64,000 bases of DNA from Patellaria atrata CBS 101060. Taxonomy: Eukaryota. The notes beneath the pieces are model-generated. The model ran no database searches, was not told the DNA's origin, and was given only the letters and a program-made list of their open reading frames with translations. A program made the translations under genes and the position numbers. Location of the stretch: positions 558,001-622,000 of the forward strand of contig MU006091.1 in the NCBI GenBank assembly GCA_010093705.1, in the 5' to 3' direction. This document shows positions 39,839 to 51,972 of this stretch, one piece after another (positions within the stretch are counted from its first letter, which is position 1; each line of letters opens with the position of its first letter).

Positions 39839-42059
39839 CTAATCATCTGTAACAGCAGCAAACTTATCGGTCAATTTCTGTTGTAATACCTCGTACTAGT
39901 AAAATGTTAGCTTGGACACACTCATGCATGAAGTGGAACTCTGACCTTCTTGGTGATTGCTTCTTCCCCTTCACTAGGGAGTTCGAATTTCATGCTTCTC
40001 AGCTGGCTCTGAATTTCCGACGTAGATTCTCTAATCTTATTCCACGAATAACCTTGAGCAACGGCTTTTTGGGCCTCGTCGTGGAAAAGCATCATAAGCT
40101 TCATCATCCATTCAGTCTTCCACAATGGGCAGAACTGATCATAGTCACTATAGCCGTTCTGTTGTAGGAAGTCTTCCTTGAGCAATGTAGCAACATCAAG
40201 CGTAATTTTATCAGGGTCACCAAGCGCAGATTTTCCGACTAACTGAACGACCTGGTCTAATTCTTCAGAGTTGGAAAGGAGTTCTTTGATTTGATCTCTC
40301 AGCTTAGGGAACTCTGGATTATTTTTTGCGTAGTACTTGTCCAGGGGTCCAGTATACTTGCTGTAACTCAGAGACGTGTTCACAGAGGGGAAATGCTTTC
40401 GCTGAGCCAGCTTCTTGTCCAAACCCCAGAAAACCTGGACAATACCGAGTGTAGAGCTAGTAACTGGATCCGAGAAATCGCCTCCGGGAGGGCTAACAGC
40501 ACCGACAATGCTCACGCTACCTTTCCTCTCAGGGCTACCCAATGCGGTAACACGACCAGCACGTTCGTAGAAGGAGGCTAACTTAGCTCCTAAGTAAGCA
40601 GGGAAACCCTGATCTGCAGGCATTTCTCCGAGACGACCTGAGATTTCACGCAGAGCTTCAGCCCATCGTGACGAAGAATCGGCCATCATAGCAACGTCTT
40701 TGCCTTGATCCCGGAAGTACTCAGCGACAGTGATACCGGTGTAGATAGACGCTTCTCGGGCGGCGACAGGCATGTTAGAAGTATTCGCAATGAGAGTTGT
40801 ACGCTTCATAATGGGTTCCTTCCGACCATCCACATCAATAGATAACTAGAAGACGCATTAGCCCGGATTCACTGCTGTAAGTGTCAATAATTGTACATAC
40901 TTCTGGAAAATCCATCAAAACCTCAGCCATCTCATTGCCACGTTCTCCACATCCAACATAAACGATGATGTCACTGTTGGAGAATTTAGACAAACTCTGA
41001 CTGATAACAGTCTTGCCGCAACCGAAAGCGCCCGGAATGCAGACGGTACCTCCTTGGACGCTGGGGAATAAAGCGTCGAGGACACGCTGGCCAACAACGA
41101 GAGGAGAATCAGACGAGAGCTTCTCGTTGACAGGGCGCGCAGCTCGGACTGGCCAATTATGCATCATGCTGTATTCCGTCTTCGTACCGTTGAACTCGAC
41201 TTCTAAAATCTTCTCATCGACCGTATAACTTCCCTTTTCAGCAATACGGGTGATCGTACCCCTAGCCCGGGGTGGTAGAAGAATCTTGTGGTCTTTGAGC
41301 AAGCTGTTCTCAAAGACACTGCCAAACACGTCACCGCCAGTGATATGGTCTCCGATCTTCAGCTTGCCAGGGGTAAAATCCCACTTTTTCTCCCGGTTCA
41401 AAGCTGGAACATCAATGCCACGAGGAATATAAATGCTCTTGGACACATCAGAGATGCTTTGTAGCGGCCGTTGGATACCATCATAAATCGTTTCCATAAG
41501 TCCGGGTCCCAACTCAACAGACAACGGCTTTCCAGATCTTACGACGGGATCTCCAACAGTCACACCAGCTACAAACCATCAGGTTAGCCCACTATATCAA
41601 GCCTGTTCGAACTCATCACGCACCAGTCTCTTCGTAGACCTGAATGGTCGCTTTATCTGCTTCTATGCGAATGACTTCCCCAACTAGCGAGTCGTGCCCC
41701 ACTCGGACCTAATCATGATATAAGTGTGTATTTATGGTGCGGAAATCCCGTTATACCTACGAGTTCGTACATAGCACAACCTATCATATTCTCTGCAATA
41801 ATAACAGGTCTTGTTTTGACGTCAGCGGGGACCATGTTGCAGGAGTATACAAGTCATACCCGGAGATAGAGAAGACGGCGCCTAAGGGAAGTTTATTAGC
41901 TTGTGCTCAATGAGTAGAGTAAGATTAGAATGAAGCCCATCATACCATATTGGTCCTCTCCAGATTCGTCTATAGCACGCTTTGAGTTCTTCTACACAGG
42001 ATCCATGTCAGCAATCCTTCTTGAAATCAAGAACCCGTAATGAAGCTTACTGGAGCCAT
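39839..42059 (-). CDS. VMA1: V-type H+-ATPase catalytic subunit A (no intein)
   Basis: [32 protein letters not shown] and [10 protein letters not shown] motifs. 5' micro-exons begin MAP| at 42059. Stop at 39839. Confidence 0.97.
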
Positions 42060-42984
42060 CTTAGGGGACGGTGGAGCTTCGATAGAAGCAGGCGCGGATG
42101 AAGTAGATGAGAACCTAGAACGAGAGGGAGCCGGCGATTCAGGTAGAGGGAACTCGTAGGCTGGTTCGACGTCCTCCGATATGCGAAGAGGTGTGGGAAC
42201 CTTGGAGGACAGACGGTCGATGTTGTTTTTGTTGATAAGATCAAAGAGAGAAGGACGTGAAGTCAATCGTGGTCGAAGACCGAGCATGCAATGATATCGG
42301 TTCTGTGTTCGGTGCGCTAGTACGCTGGGAGCACAGATGTTGGTGGAGCTCTTTCAGACGGAAGTCGTCACTTTGTGCTTGCCTCTCACTTGCTTTTGCT
42401 GGTCCAAGCTTCTTTTGTAGAACGAGCTTGTAGCGGGGAGCTTCAACCTCAACTCATGAAATTATTGTAAAGCATTCGAAAGTTGTGCATAGAGTCACTC
42501 TAGCAACACCTCTCATCCGATCTCACCTTGATATACGAGTTATAAGTACGGAGTCTTCTGAACCGCATACTGACGGCAGGTGGATCGCGGTACAGAGGGA
42601 TCGCGATTACTTACGTATCCCTATGCCATTCCCGGTTCAATGTACGCTTGGTCTGAAGGAGGTCTGACTTGGCTGCACAGATTATGGAGGACTTATAAAG
42701 CGTCTAATTCCATAGTACGTCGGGTTGTGTACAGCGGGCGTAGAGTGGCCGAGGGATGGCCATAGTTATAAAGGAGATAATAGTAGCAGCACAAGATGTA
42801 AATATGTATCGGTAGGTATTTGTAGTCATAATTATATATATAGTCTAGTGCTTTCAATTGTGATTGAGTACTGAGCAGAGACCATTTCCTACTCTCACGT
42901 GAACTTGATTCGAATTTGTGACCCTTAAATCTCATACAGTCTCCCCATCTTCCCTAGCCGGGCCATTATAATATCAGATATGTA

Positions 42985-44167
42985 ATGAGCTCACAATTTC
43001 CCACGCGCCAGATCGCAAAACTAGGCGGCCACAATGGTACTATCCTCTTACGCCTTTTATACTAAACTAATCAATCTCCTCAGGCCCTGTTCATACCCTA
43101 ACCTACTCCTCCGGCCTTGGACAATACGTACGTCCCTCCTCTATCCCTCATCCTCACAATCCATAAAATGCTTAGCCCAACTCCAAACTCCAACTAATCC
43201 CAAGCTTGAAGCTCCTCACCGGCTCCTCTGACCGCCAAATCCGGCTCTTCAACCCCTCCACGCAGAACCTCATCCACACCTACTCTGCACACGGCTACGA
43301 AATCCTCTCCCTCTCCGTCAGCGCCGACAACGCCCGCTTCGCCTCAGGTGGAGGAGACAAAACTGTTTTCCTCTGGGATGTCGCCGCATGCCGGACCCTA
43401 CGTCGTTGGAGCGGCCATGTGGGGCGGGTAAATGCAGTTGCGATGGCGGGGGAGGGTGATAGTGTTGTGGTGAGCGGAAGCTATGATGGGACGGTGAGAC
43501 TTTGGGATTGCAAAGCCGGTGGAGGAGGAGGTGGGATGGGAGGTGGCAGTGGTGGGGGCAAGGCGATGATGGTGCTTGGTGAGGCGAGGGATAGTGTGAG
43601 TAGTGTTGCTGTGAGGGGACATCAGGTTTGGGCGGGCAGTGTGGATGGGAAGATTAGGGGGTATGATATCAGGACTGGTGAGATGTTTGTGGATATTATT
43701 GGGTGTGAGTACTCCCAGTGCTGTTGTTTTAAGACAAGCCTATCTCAGCACATCTGAATAACTAATGAGGATTTATAGACCCAATAACTTCCGTCACCGC
43801 CACCAACGCCGGCGACTCCCTTCTCATCAGTACATTGGATTCAACTCTCCGTCTCCTAGATCTCACTACTGGGAAGCTCCTCAAAGCTTACAAGGACCCG
43901 TCATACATGAATACATCCTATCGTCTCAGCAGCACCCTTGGTCTCCACGACAGCGTCGTTCTTTCCGGAAGTGAAAACGGCTACATAGTAGCCTGGGACC
44001 TCCTCTCCGACGCCTCAATACACAAGCTCAGACATGACAGCTCGAGCAACCACGCTAGTGCGCCTTCAAAAAGGGACGTCGTGAGCGCTGTGGCCTTCTG
44101 TCCTGCACGAAAAGAGTGGGCAAGTGCGGGAGGCGACGGAAATGTAGTCGTATGGGGCCAAGCATGA
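42985..44167 (+). CDS. WD40-repeat protein, MORG1/WDR83-like
   Basis: Spliced N-terminus MSSQFPTRQIAKLGGHNG|PVHTLTYSSGLGQY|LLTGSSDRQIRLFNP, then AHGYEILSLSVSADNARFASGGGDK. Three introns. Confidence 0.85.
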
Positions 44168-44441
44168 CGAAATTTCAAAGAACATTAATGATGAACAAAC
44201 TCAACTTACTCCCATTTGGCACTGCCAGCTAGCTACCCTACGAATAACAAAAAAGCTCCTCTGCTTTTGCTAAGAAACCCTTCCAACTAATATCCCGTTA
44301 AGTGGCGACATTGATATAATCGGTCCGATTGAAGCCCCTGAAAGCACCTCTCCAACGCGCCTCTGCTCAATTACAAAGCTATTGAAATATTAAGGTATCT
44401 CAAGAAACATCTCCCCTTTGCAAACCTCATCTTCCCAAGGT

Positions 44442-45846
44442 TTAACGACGACCGTGAGAGCGTGTGGCAGTGCCCTGCAATGTTTCGACCTCGCCTTCCA
44501 GTGTCTTGATAATGGCGTGGCTCTGTTCAAGGTCCTTGTTGAGCCTGTCACGCTCGGAAATGAGCTTTTGCTCCCAAGCGCGGAACCTCTGTTCCTCCAC
44601 CTTGACTTGTTCTGTAAAGCGTTTCCTAAGAGCTTCTTCCTCTTCTTTGAACTTAGGGTTATCCAGCTTCCTTGGACGAGCCTCGCCAAACTTCCGCGTC
44701 TCCATCTGTTGAGCGCGATATGCCTCATAGTGGTTCTCTTCAGTAGTATGGATGAGGTCGAGCATGTGGGTGCGGATGAGGATCGCGCGCAGCTTCTTGA
44801 AGTCGCAGTGTTCCTCATTCTCGACTTCCGCGACACCCCAGGCATATTGTCGACCCTTGACTGTGCGGTTGTCGTTGGTCTGGACATCCTTCTCCGAGCC
44901 AATGACGGAGAAGGGCATAGCGGCAATCAGGTTGCGGGCATGCTGGAGACCGGCCTCATCATCTTCCTCAAGCGGTGGTTGGTAGATTTTAATGCCTTGT
45001 GCTTCGATAACAGCTCGTACCTAATGGAGATTAGTCATCCTGACCTATTCGGAACTTGCATGCCACCTACTCTCTGCTTGAACCTTTGTAAATCCGCGGG
45101 ACTGAGTGTATCAGCCTTGGCGATAACTGGGATCAAATTCACACGTGTGCAAAGACGCTTCATGACTTCAATGTCCAACGGTTTCAGTGTGTGACCAGTA
45201 GGGCGGATGAAGTACAGGCAAGCGTGGACTCTCAAGTCGATCTTCTCTGTTCGGCGCGGCTGTTGCTCTTGCAACATATAAGACTCGTGTTGGTCGTCAA
45301 GGAACTCGATGATAGGTTGCCATGAGTCTCGATTGTTCACGTAGTCGCCAAAACCAGGTGTGTCAATCACTGTGAGACGAACTAAAGGACGAGCGCATTA
45401 GTAACTCATCATGAGAGGAAACTTATTCTAGAACCAACCCTTGAAGAACTTCTCCTCAAGTTCTGCTTTTGTGATCTCGATCTCCACTGTCTTGTCGATC
45501 TGCTTACTGTGTCTGCGCTTGTGGTCGGCGTAGTTTTTAATCGTAGTCGAAAAGAGCGTGTTGATGAATGTGGTCTTGCCTAATCCAGATTCACCAGCGA
45601 CCTACAGAGATCAGTAAGCTACCCTCTAGAATAAGATCGGTGTAATATGTACCATAATCGTGAAGGCAGCACCTCGCTTTGCGACGATTTTATGACTAGA
45701 GATACATTAGGTAGTTGAATCGAAGAAGAGCTAGGTGGGTAAGTACCGTTGGTTAGGAAGCTAACGAAATTATCAGTATGCACTCCACAGTTCAATTTAG
45801 AGGTACTTACATTGGCAATGCCAATTGGCGACGCAGAATCGGCCAT
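44442..45846 (-). CDS. CDC12: Septin, Cdc12/AspC group
   Basis: SPIGIAN|LPNQR|HKIVAKRGAAFTIM, GESGLGKTT, DTPGFGD and AKAD motifs, and a C-terminal coiled coil. Confidence 0.93.
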
Positions 45847-46255
45847 GTTTGTAGTATTCGGTCTGTGTTGGGAGCTCTGTCTTCGCGTGGTCAGCGGTTT
45901 TCTGAACCAAGTCAGCATAATTGAACTGCCAACATACCTAGACTAACTGAGGATCTGACAAATTTATCGGGTTGTGAAGGCACGCGAAAATATGGAGTCA
46001 GGAGCGTTGGGGTTAGAGTTGAGGTGTGGAGAAAATGTTCTGGTGGTGTTGCTCTCTCCCCTTAAAGTTCAGCGTCCCTATCCTCCTTCGGCAAGACCCT
46101 GGAAAGGAAGCAATGACCCCTGATATTCTGCCAAGTGATAAGATAATTCTAAGATCAATCTTTTTAGAAACCTTCAACAAGAAAAGTTGGGAAGAGCTAC
46201 GGAATTCTAAATTACGCATTAGGAGAGGATAGCGATGGATAACTAGCGGATTAAG

Positions 46256-49079
46256 ATGAAGACCGACTTCAAGGTAATGTTCTTCCCATTCTTTGGCACA
46301 TTAACCCACGCTGACTTTGTAAACCAGTTCTCGAACCTACTCGGTACGGTATACAGACGAGGAAACTTGCTATTTGCCCCGGACGGTACATGTCTTCTTT
46401 CGCCTGTAGGGAATCGTGTTACGGTGTTCGATCTTGTAAAGCAAGTTGATTGCGCCGATTCTCGATAATTGAGCAGCTAGATAACGATTAGCTAGTAATA
46501 AATCATATACTTTACCCTTTGCCCACCGCCGGAACATAGCCCGCTTAGCCCTCAACCCTCGAGGTAATCTTCTCCTAACCGTAGATGAAGATGGTCGCGC
46601 TATTCTTTCGAACCTTCCTCGCCGCATAGCTCTTTACCACTTTTCCTTCCGATCTCCTGTTACAGCACTCGAATTCTCTCCCTCGGGGCTGCACTTCGCA
46701 GTAGGGTTGGGACGTAAACTTGAGGTATGGCATACTCCCTCGACACCTGATGCTGGTGCAGACGGTGAGCTAGAGTTTGCACCATTTGTGCGACATCATA
46801 CACATACTGGTCATTATGACACTGTACAAAGTATACAGTGGTCTAGCGATTCCAGGTTCTTCCTTAGCTCGTCAAAAGACCTAACCGCAAGAATATGGAG
46901 CTTAGTTCCAGAAGAAGGATTTGTCCCCACAACGTTAGCAGGACACAGGCAAGGCATGATCGCTGCTTGGTTTTCAAAGGATCAAGAAACGGTAGGTATG
47001 ACCGTCACTATCCCATCGTCTCATATTCCTACTGACAAAGTTCAGATCTACACGGTTAGCAAAGACGGTGCTCTTTTCCAGTGGGCTTATATGCAACGAC
47101 CCGGGACGACGACGGATGATGATGAACTCCAAGAACAGGACATGAGATGGCGAATAGCAGAACGGCATTACTTCATGCAGAACAATGCGAGTGTGACCTG
47201 TGCTGCTTATCATGCAAAATCAAATTTATTGGTCGTTGGCTTCTCCAATGGACTTTTCGGGATATATGAAATACCAGAATTCATTAACATACAGACTCTC
47301 AGTATATCCCAGAATGACATCGACTACGTGTGCATCAATAAGACCGGCGAATGGCTTGCCTTTGGCGCATCTAAGCTCGGACAACTTCTGGTATGGGAGT
47401 GGCAGTCGGAATCGTATATTCTAAAGCAGCAAGGCCACTTCGACTCGATAAACTCCATCGTCTATTCTCCCGATGGTCAACGCATCATCACCACAGCGGA
47501 TGATGGGAAAATCAAAGTCTGGGACGTGAATTCGGGATTTTGTATCGTCACTTTTACAGAACACACTAGCGGAGTTACAGCTTGCGAATTCGCAAAGAGG
47601 GGCAACGTCCTCTTCACTGCCAGTCTCGACGGCTCGATAAGAGCCTGGGACCTCATCCGCTACCGAAACTTTAGAACCTTTACCGCACCTTCTCGTCTCT
47701 CCTTTTCTTCTATAGCCGTTGACCCCAGTGGCGAAGTTGTCTGCGCAGGATCCCTTGACTCCTTCGACATCCACATCTGGTCTGTTCAAACCGGCCAACT
47801 CCTCGACCGTCTCGCCGGCCACGAAGGTCCCGTCTCGTCTCTCGCATTCACCCCTAATGGTGGTGTCGTTGTCAGCGGTAGCTGGGACCACACTGTCCGC
47901 ATCTGGTCCATCTTCGCCCGGACCCAGACCAGCGAACCTCTCCAACTCCAAACCGACGTCCTTTGCGTTGTTGTCCGCCCAGACTCCAAACAGCTTGCAG
48001 TCTCGACTCTCGATGGTCAGCTCACCTTCTGGTCGGTCTCCGAAGCATCGCAAGAAAGCGTTCTGGATGGTCGACGTGACGTGTCCGGTGGTCGTAAGCT
48101 TTCAGACCGTCGCACAGCCGCTAATGTTGCCGGCACTAAGTCCTTCAGCACCGTTTCCTATAGCGCAGATGGAACGTGTGTACTTGCTGGTGGTAATAGT
48201 AAGCACATCTGCCTGTATGACGTTCAGTCCGGCGTCTTGCTGAAGAAATTCACCGTTTCCGTGAATCTCTCTCTCGACGGCACACAGGATTTTCTCAACT
48301 CCTGCAACCTCACCGAGGCCGGGCCACGCGGCCTCGTCGATGAGACTGGAGAAGCGTCAGACCTAGAAGACCGCCTTGACAACTCTCTCCCAGGTGCTTC
48401 CCGCGGTGACGCCTCGAAGCGCAGACAGAAACCCGAGGTCCGTGTCTCGAGTGTCGCGTTCTCACCCGCTGGACGTGCTTTTTGCGCTGCGAGCACGGAA
48501 GGGTTGCTCATATATAGCCTGGATAATACGCTCCAGTTCGACCCCTTTGATCTCGATGTCTCCATCACGCCTGCTACGACTCTGAAGACGCTCCAGCAGG
48601 GTGACTACCTCCGCGCATTGGTCATGGCCTTACGCCTCTCCTCCCCCTCTCTGCTTCAACGAGTCTACCGCGCTGTCCCTGCGGCAGACGTTCCACTCCT
48701 CGCAAAACGCTTACCGGAGCTGTATCTCGCGCGCGTGCTTCGGTTCGTGGCGCAAGAGGCAGCGGAGAGTCCCCTCTTAGAGTTCAACTTAAAATGGATA
48801 GAGGCACTACTGCGGACGCATGGACGGGTACTGAAGGAGAGGAGGGCGGAATTCGCGCCGGAGATGAGGTTAGTGGGGATGGTTGTCGAGAGGGTTAAGA
48901 GGGAGTTGGTTGGGTTGGCGGAGAGGAATGTGTATAACATTAAGTATCTCTTGAGTAAACCGCTGGAAAAGGGTGATGTAGACGCTGAAGGGGGTGCGAA
49001 GGAGCTGGTGGATGAAATGATGACGGTTGGATATGAAGACGGGAATGAGGGAGAGGGAGAATGGATTGGGTTTGATTGA
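46256..49079 (+). CDS. PWP2: Periodic tryptophan protein 2 (Utp1), SSU processome
   Basis: MKTDFK|FSNLLGTVYRRGNL, LGQLLVWEWQSESYILKQQGH and FDPFDLD motifs. Intron 2 has a GC donor (GCAAGT at 46441). Intron 3 (about 46992-47045) is in frame. Confidence 0.96.
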
Positions 49080-49404
49080 ATGCTATCAACGGATGATCGC
49101 TTGGTTTTGAAATATACGTGTAGATGGCAAAGTAATGTACAGTGCTGCAGAGTAAAATCAAAGCGGTACCACCTTGAAACGGCATCCTTGTTCCATTATA
49201 CATTTCTAGCTTAGATACGTATAAAAGCTTAGTATTCAAGAGATCTACAAAGATGCTAAGATTCGACCCAAAAATACTCTTTTGACCCTGAGGATAACAG
49301 TATCAGACCTGTAAAGATGTAGGGTACAGTCCTCTTTCCCCTCTAAATCCGAAAAAACTTATAAGCAAAGAAAACAAAATGGAAGTGGTAGAGGAGTTCT
49401 CATA

Positions 49405-49904
49405 TCCTGCAAACAAGACGTGGTACATCTGCTGAGCTCCGGTGGTTACCTGAGATGAAAGGGACAAGTTGCCCCCTGGGAGAATATAATTCTGGGTTGT
49501 TGAGGCAACTGAAGTGGGAGAATGGGATCGAGAGGCTATTTTTGACCTGCGGGGAAGCTAGGAAAAGATAAGCAAACCCCTTAATATCATTGAAAAAGTG
49601 TAAAATCAGCCTCCACAAGAATCGAACCAACATTCCCCCTTTTTGTCTGGGGATACCCCCCGTCACCCTCCTCCAAACTCGGTCCAGGACCTATTTCTTT
49701 ATAAAAGCTCTTGGTGTGTCACTTTTTCAACTAACTTTAGCAAAGGGGTCAGGCAGTCTGACTACGATCCCCCGAAACGTCTTCGGTTCGAAACTCCCTC
49801 CGGGTAGGTTTATCAGTAAACCTCAGGTCAATGGAGCAGCGGCAGCAAAAACCCGTCCAGGGGTTCAAGGAGGCCTACGGGCCTAATTGTTTTGTAATTT
49901 TTTT
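49405..49904 (+). ncRNA. Candidate large structured non-coding RNA of unknown family
   Basis: About ten mutually nested long-range helices, with G-U pairs on the + strand. Terminal c(UACG)g hairpin at 49871-49884 and T7 run at 49898-49904. Lies between convergent genes, with no credible ORF. Confidence 0.5.
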
Positions 49905-50233
49905 AATTTTTTTATCCCTTAACTCTTTATTATTCCTATGCAACATTATATAGTATATAGGTTTTTTTCTTTTGCTATGGGTTCTATGCCTCTTCGTGAA
50001 TGATTATTTTTTGCTTAATAATAAGAGTATCCCTTCGGCTTGTAATATGTTTGGACAGTTTCAATGTATGAGATATCTAAAACTACGGAGCAACCTGACA
50101 AAGAATTATTAAATTGCACTCAAAGGTCCGAGCATATAAAAAGACGTAGATATAGAATAACATATGGGCGATCAGATCATATGGTAACACGATACAGAAG
50201 ATGTAATTTAGAGTAGAGCTTACCTAAGGGAGT

Positions 50234-51184
50234 TCAACTTTGAGGATCATCGGCCTTCTCTAACACTGCTTTAACCATGCTATTGAAGATCGGATACAAG
50301 GAGCAGCTCGTGTACTTCCCAACCAAAAGGTCATTATGACTTGGGCTTTCTGAAGCTTGAAGCTCGGCCTGCACCGTTCCAACCTCCTCTCCATCAATCA
50401 TCGTGCCTTTGGGGTATACTGGTCTAGTACCTTCCTCTATTAAAGTTACAAATGCAGGATCAATGGGAACGCTTCCAAGGAATGGTACACCGAACTCTCG
50501 TGCCATGATCTCTCCACCACCTTTGCTAAATACGTTGGTACATTCGCTACAATTCGGACACACGAAACCAGCCATGTTCTCAATGACCCCTAAAACCCTC
50601 ACTCCGGTCTTTTTACAAAAATTGAGCTCTTTCTTTACGTCCGAAATACTGATAGCTTGGGGAGTTGTTACCACGACAGCACCGGAAAGCTGAGAAGGAG
50701 TTGTGGTTTTTAAAAGGGTCTCAAGAAGTGATATATGTTCATCCGACGTTCCAGGGGGTGTGTCTATCAAGAGATATGAAAGGGGTGGCCATTGAACGTC
50801 TGATAAAAATTGACGAACCATTGCTGTTTTCTTCGGACCTCGCCAGATTACAGCATCCGATCTAGACGACAGTATGAAGCCAAGTGACATGCAACTTAGC
50901 GGCCCGATCGTCTTCGAAGATATAGAACTGTCCGTTTCATTGGATCGAGATCCTCCCTCGTGAACCGGAACTGGTACCCATCCACCTGGTGCTTGCCGTA
51001 CTTTTGCGCCTTCGATACCAAAGAATCGTGGTATAGATGGTCCGGTGAGATCAATATCTAGTACTCCTACTGAGTGTCCTTGGAGCGACAGTGTCAAGGC
51101 AAGTTGTGTAGTAATGCTAGACTTTCCGACACCGCCTTTGCCTGATAGCACCAAGATGATGTTTTGAACGTTGTCTAAGCCCAT
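50234..51184 (-). CDS. CFD1: Cytosolic Fe-S cluster assembly factor Cfd1
   Basis: [40 protein letters not shown] and ENM..FVCPNC motifs. Lacks the N-terminal Cys cluster of Nbp35. Confidence 0.94.
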   Translation of the reverse strand: MGLDNVQNIILVLSGKGGVGKSSITTQLALTLSLQGHSVGVLDIDLTGPSIPRFFGIEGAKVRQAPGGWVPVPVHEGGSRSNETDSSISSKTIGPLSCMSLGFILSSRSDAVIWRGPKKTAMVRQFLSDVQWPPLSYLLIDTPPGTSDEHISLLETLLKTTTPSQLSGAVVVTTPQAISISDVKKELNFCKKTGVRVLGVIENMAGFVCPNCSECTNVFSKGGGEIMAREFGVPFLGSVPIDPAFVTLIEEGTRPVYPKGTMIDGEEVGTVQAELQASESPSHNDLLVGKYTSCSLYPIFNSMVKAVLEKADDPQS

Positions 51185-51972
51185 GATTTCCAGCGACTAT
51201 TATGTTCAGTCTGGATTGAGAATAATGGATCTCAGAAATGATTGCGGATGAAGGACTATAAGGTGCTGTAGCATCGTAAAGAACAGTTCAGCAATTGGAT
51301 TTGAAATCGTCGTCAGAAGTGTCGGAGGTGCACCGGAGGTTGGAATCTTTTGCCACGGCGTCAATGCCAAGGGATTTCTTCAACCCTATCATTTCTTCCA
51401 TTTCTCCTTGCTTCACTGTTGTACTTTGATACTTCAGTGGTGGACCAGTCTGGCTTCTGTTATATGCACCATGTGTACACTTGGTACTGAATGCGTCCTC
51501 TCTCTCTCTCTGTGAAAAGGATGCTTGCACAAATAAATCGAACGATGTATTCTGTATCTTGCGTTCTGGCTACGAGAGAGCAGCAGGAAGCTCTCTAAAT
51601 AAGATTACGGTAAAGCTACCACGGGGTTTTATTATCTTTTCGAGGACTCTTTAGCCTTTCTTCTACCAAGCATTATCAAAAAGTCTTCTAATATGGAACA
51701 CACGGACGCGTTTTCCTAACTCGAAAGTATTACATGCCGTACCAGCCAACCGGCTCATGGGGTGTGGTCAGGTACTAGGAAATGCATTTGTTTTGTTATC
51801 GGGTCTATTTCAGTTTACATTCCTGTCAAGCACGTCCTTCTCATCCTTCCCCTATATACCTCCTCGGTCGAGAGGGGAACCATCCTCGAAGATCTCTCAA
51901 TTCATCAGGCGTTCAGTTCAAGTCGCTCGTTTAACTTCTGGATGAGCCCTTTGGCTCCCTGAATTTTTCAAG

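Noticed and set aside
40900..40990. VMA1 intein (VDE) at the [13 protein letters not shown] site
   Set aside because: The site is uninterrupted. The nearby break is an ordinary GT-AG intron.
45847..45918. In-frame Arg-rich N-terminal extension of the septin (MLTWFRK...)
   Set aside because: The upstream ATG sits inside an apparent 5'-UTR intron (GTTAGT/GTATGT donors, GCTGAC branch point, CAG acceptor at 45902).
49785..49845. Assignment of the 49.4-kb element to RNase MRP, SRP RNA or a group I intron
   Set aside because: Only partial motifs are present (GAAACTCC, CAATGGAGC, TGCGGGGAAG), with the wrong spacing or order and missing invariant residues.
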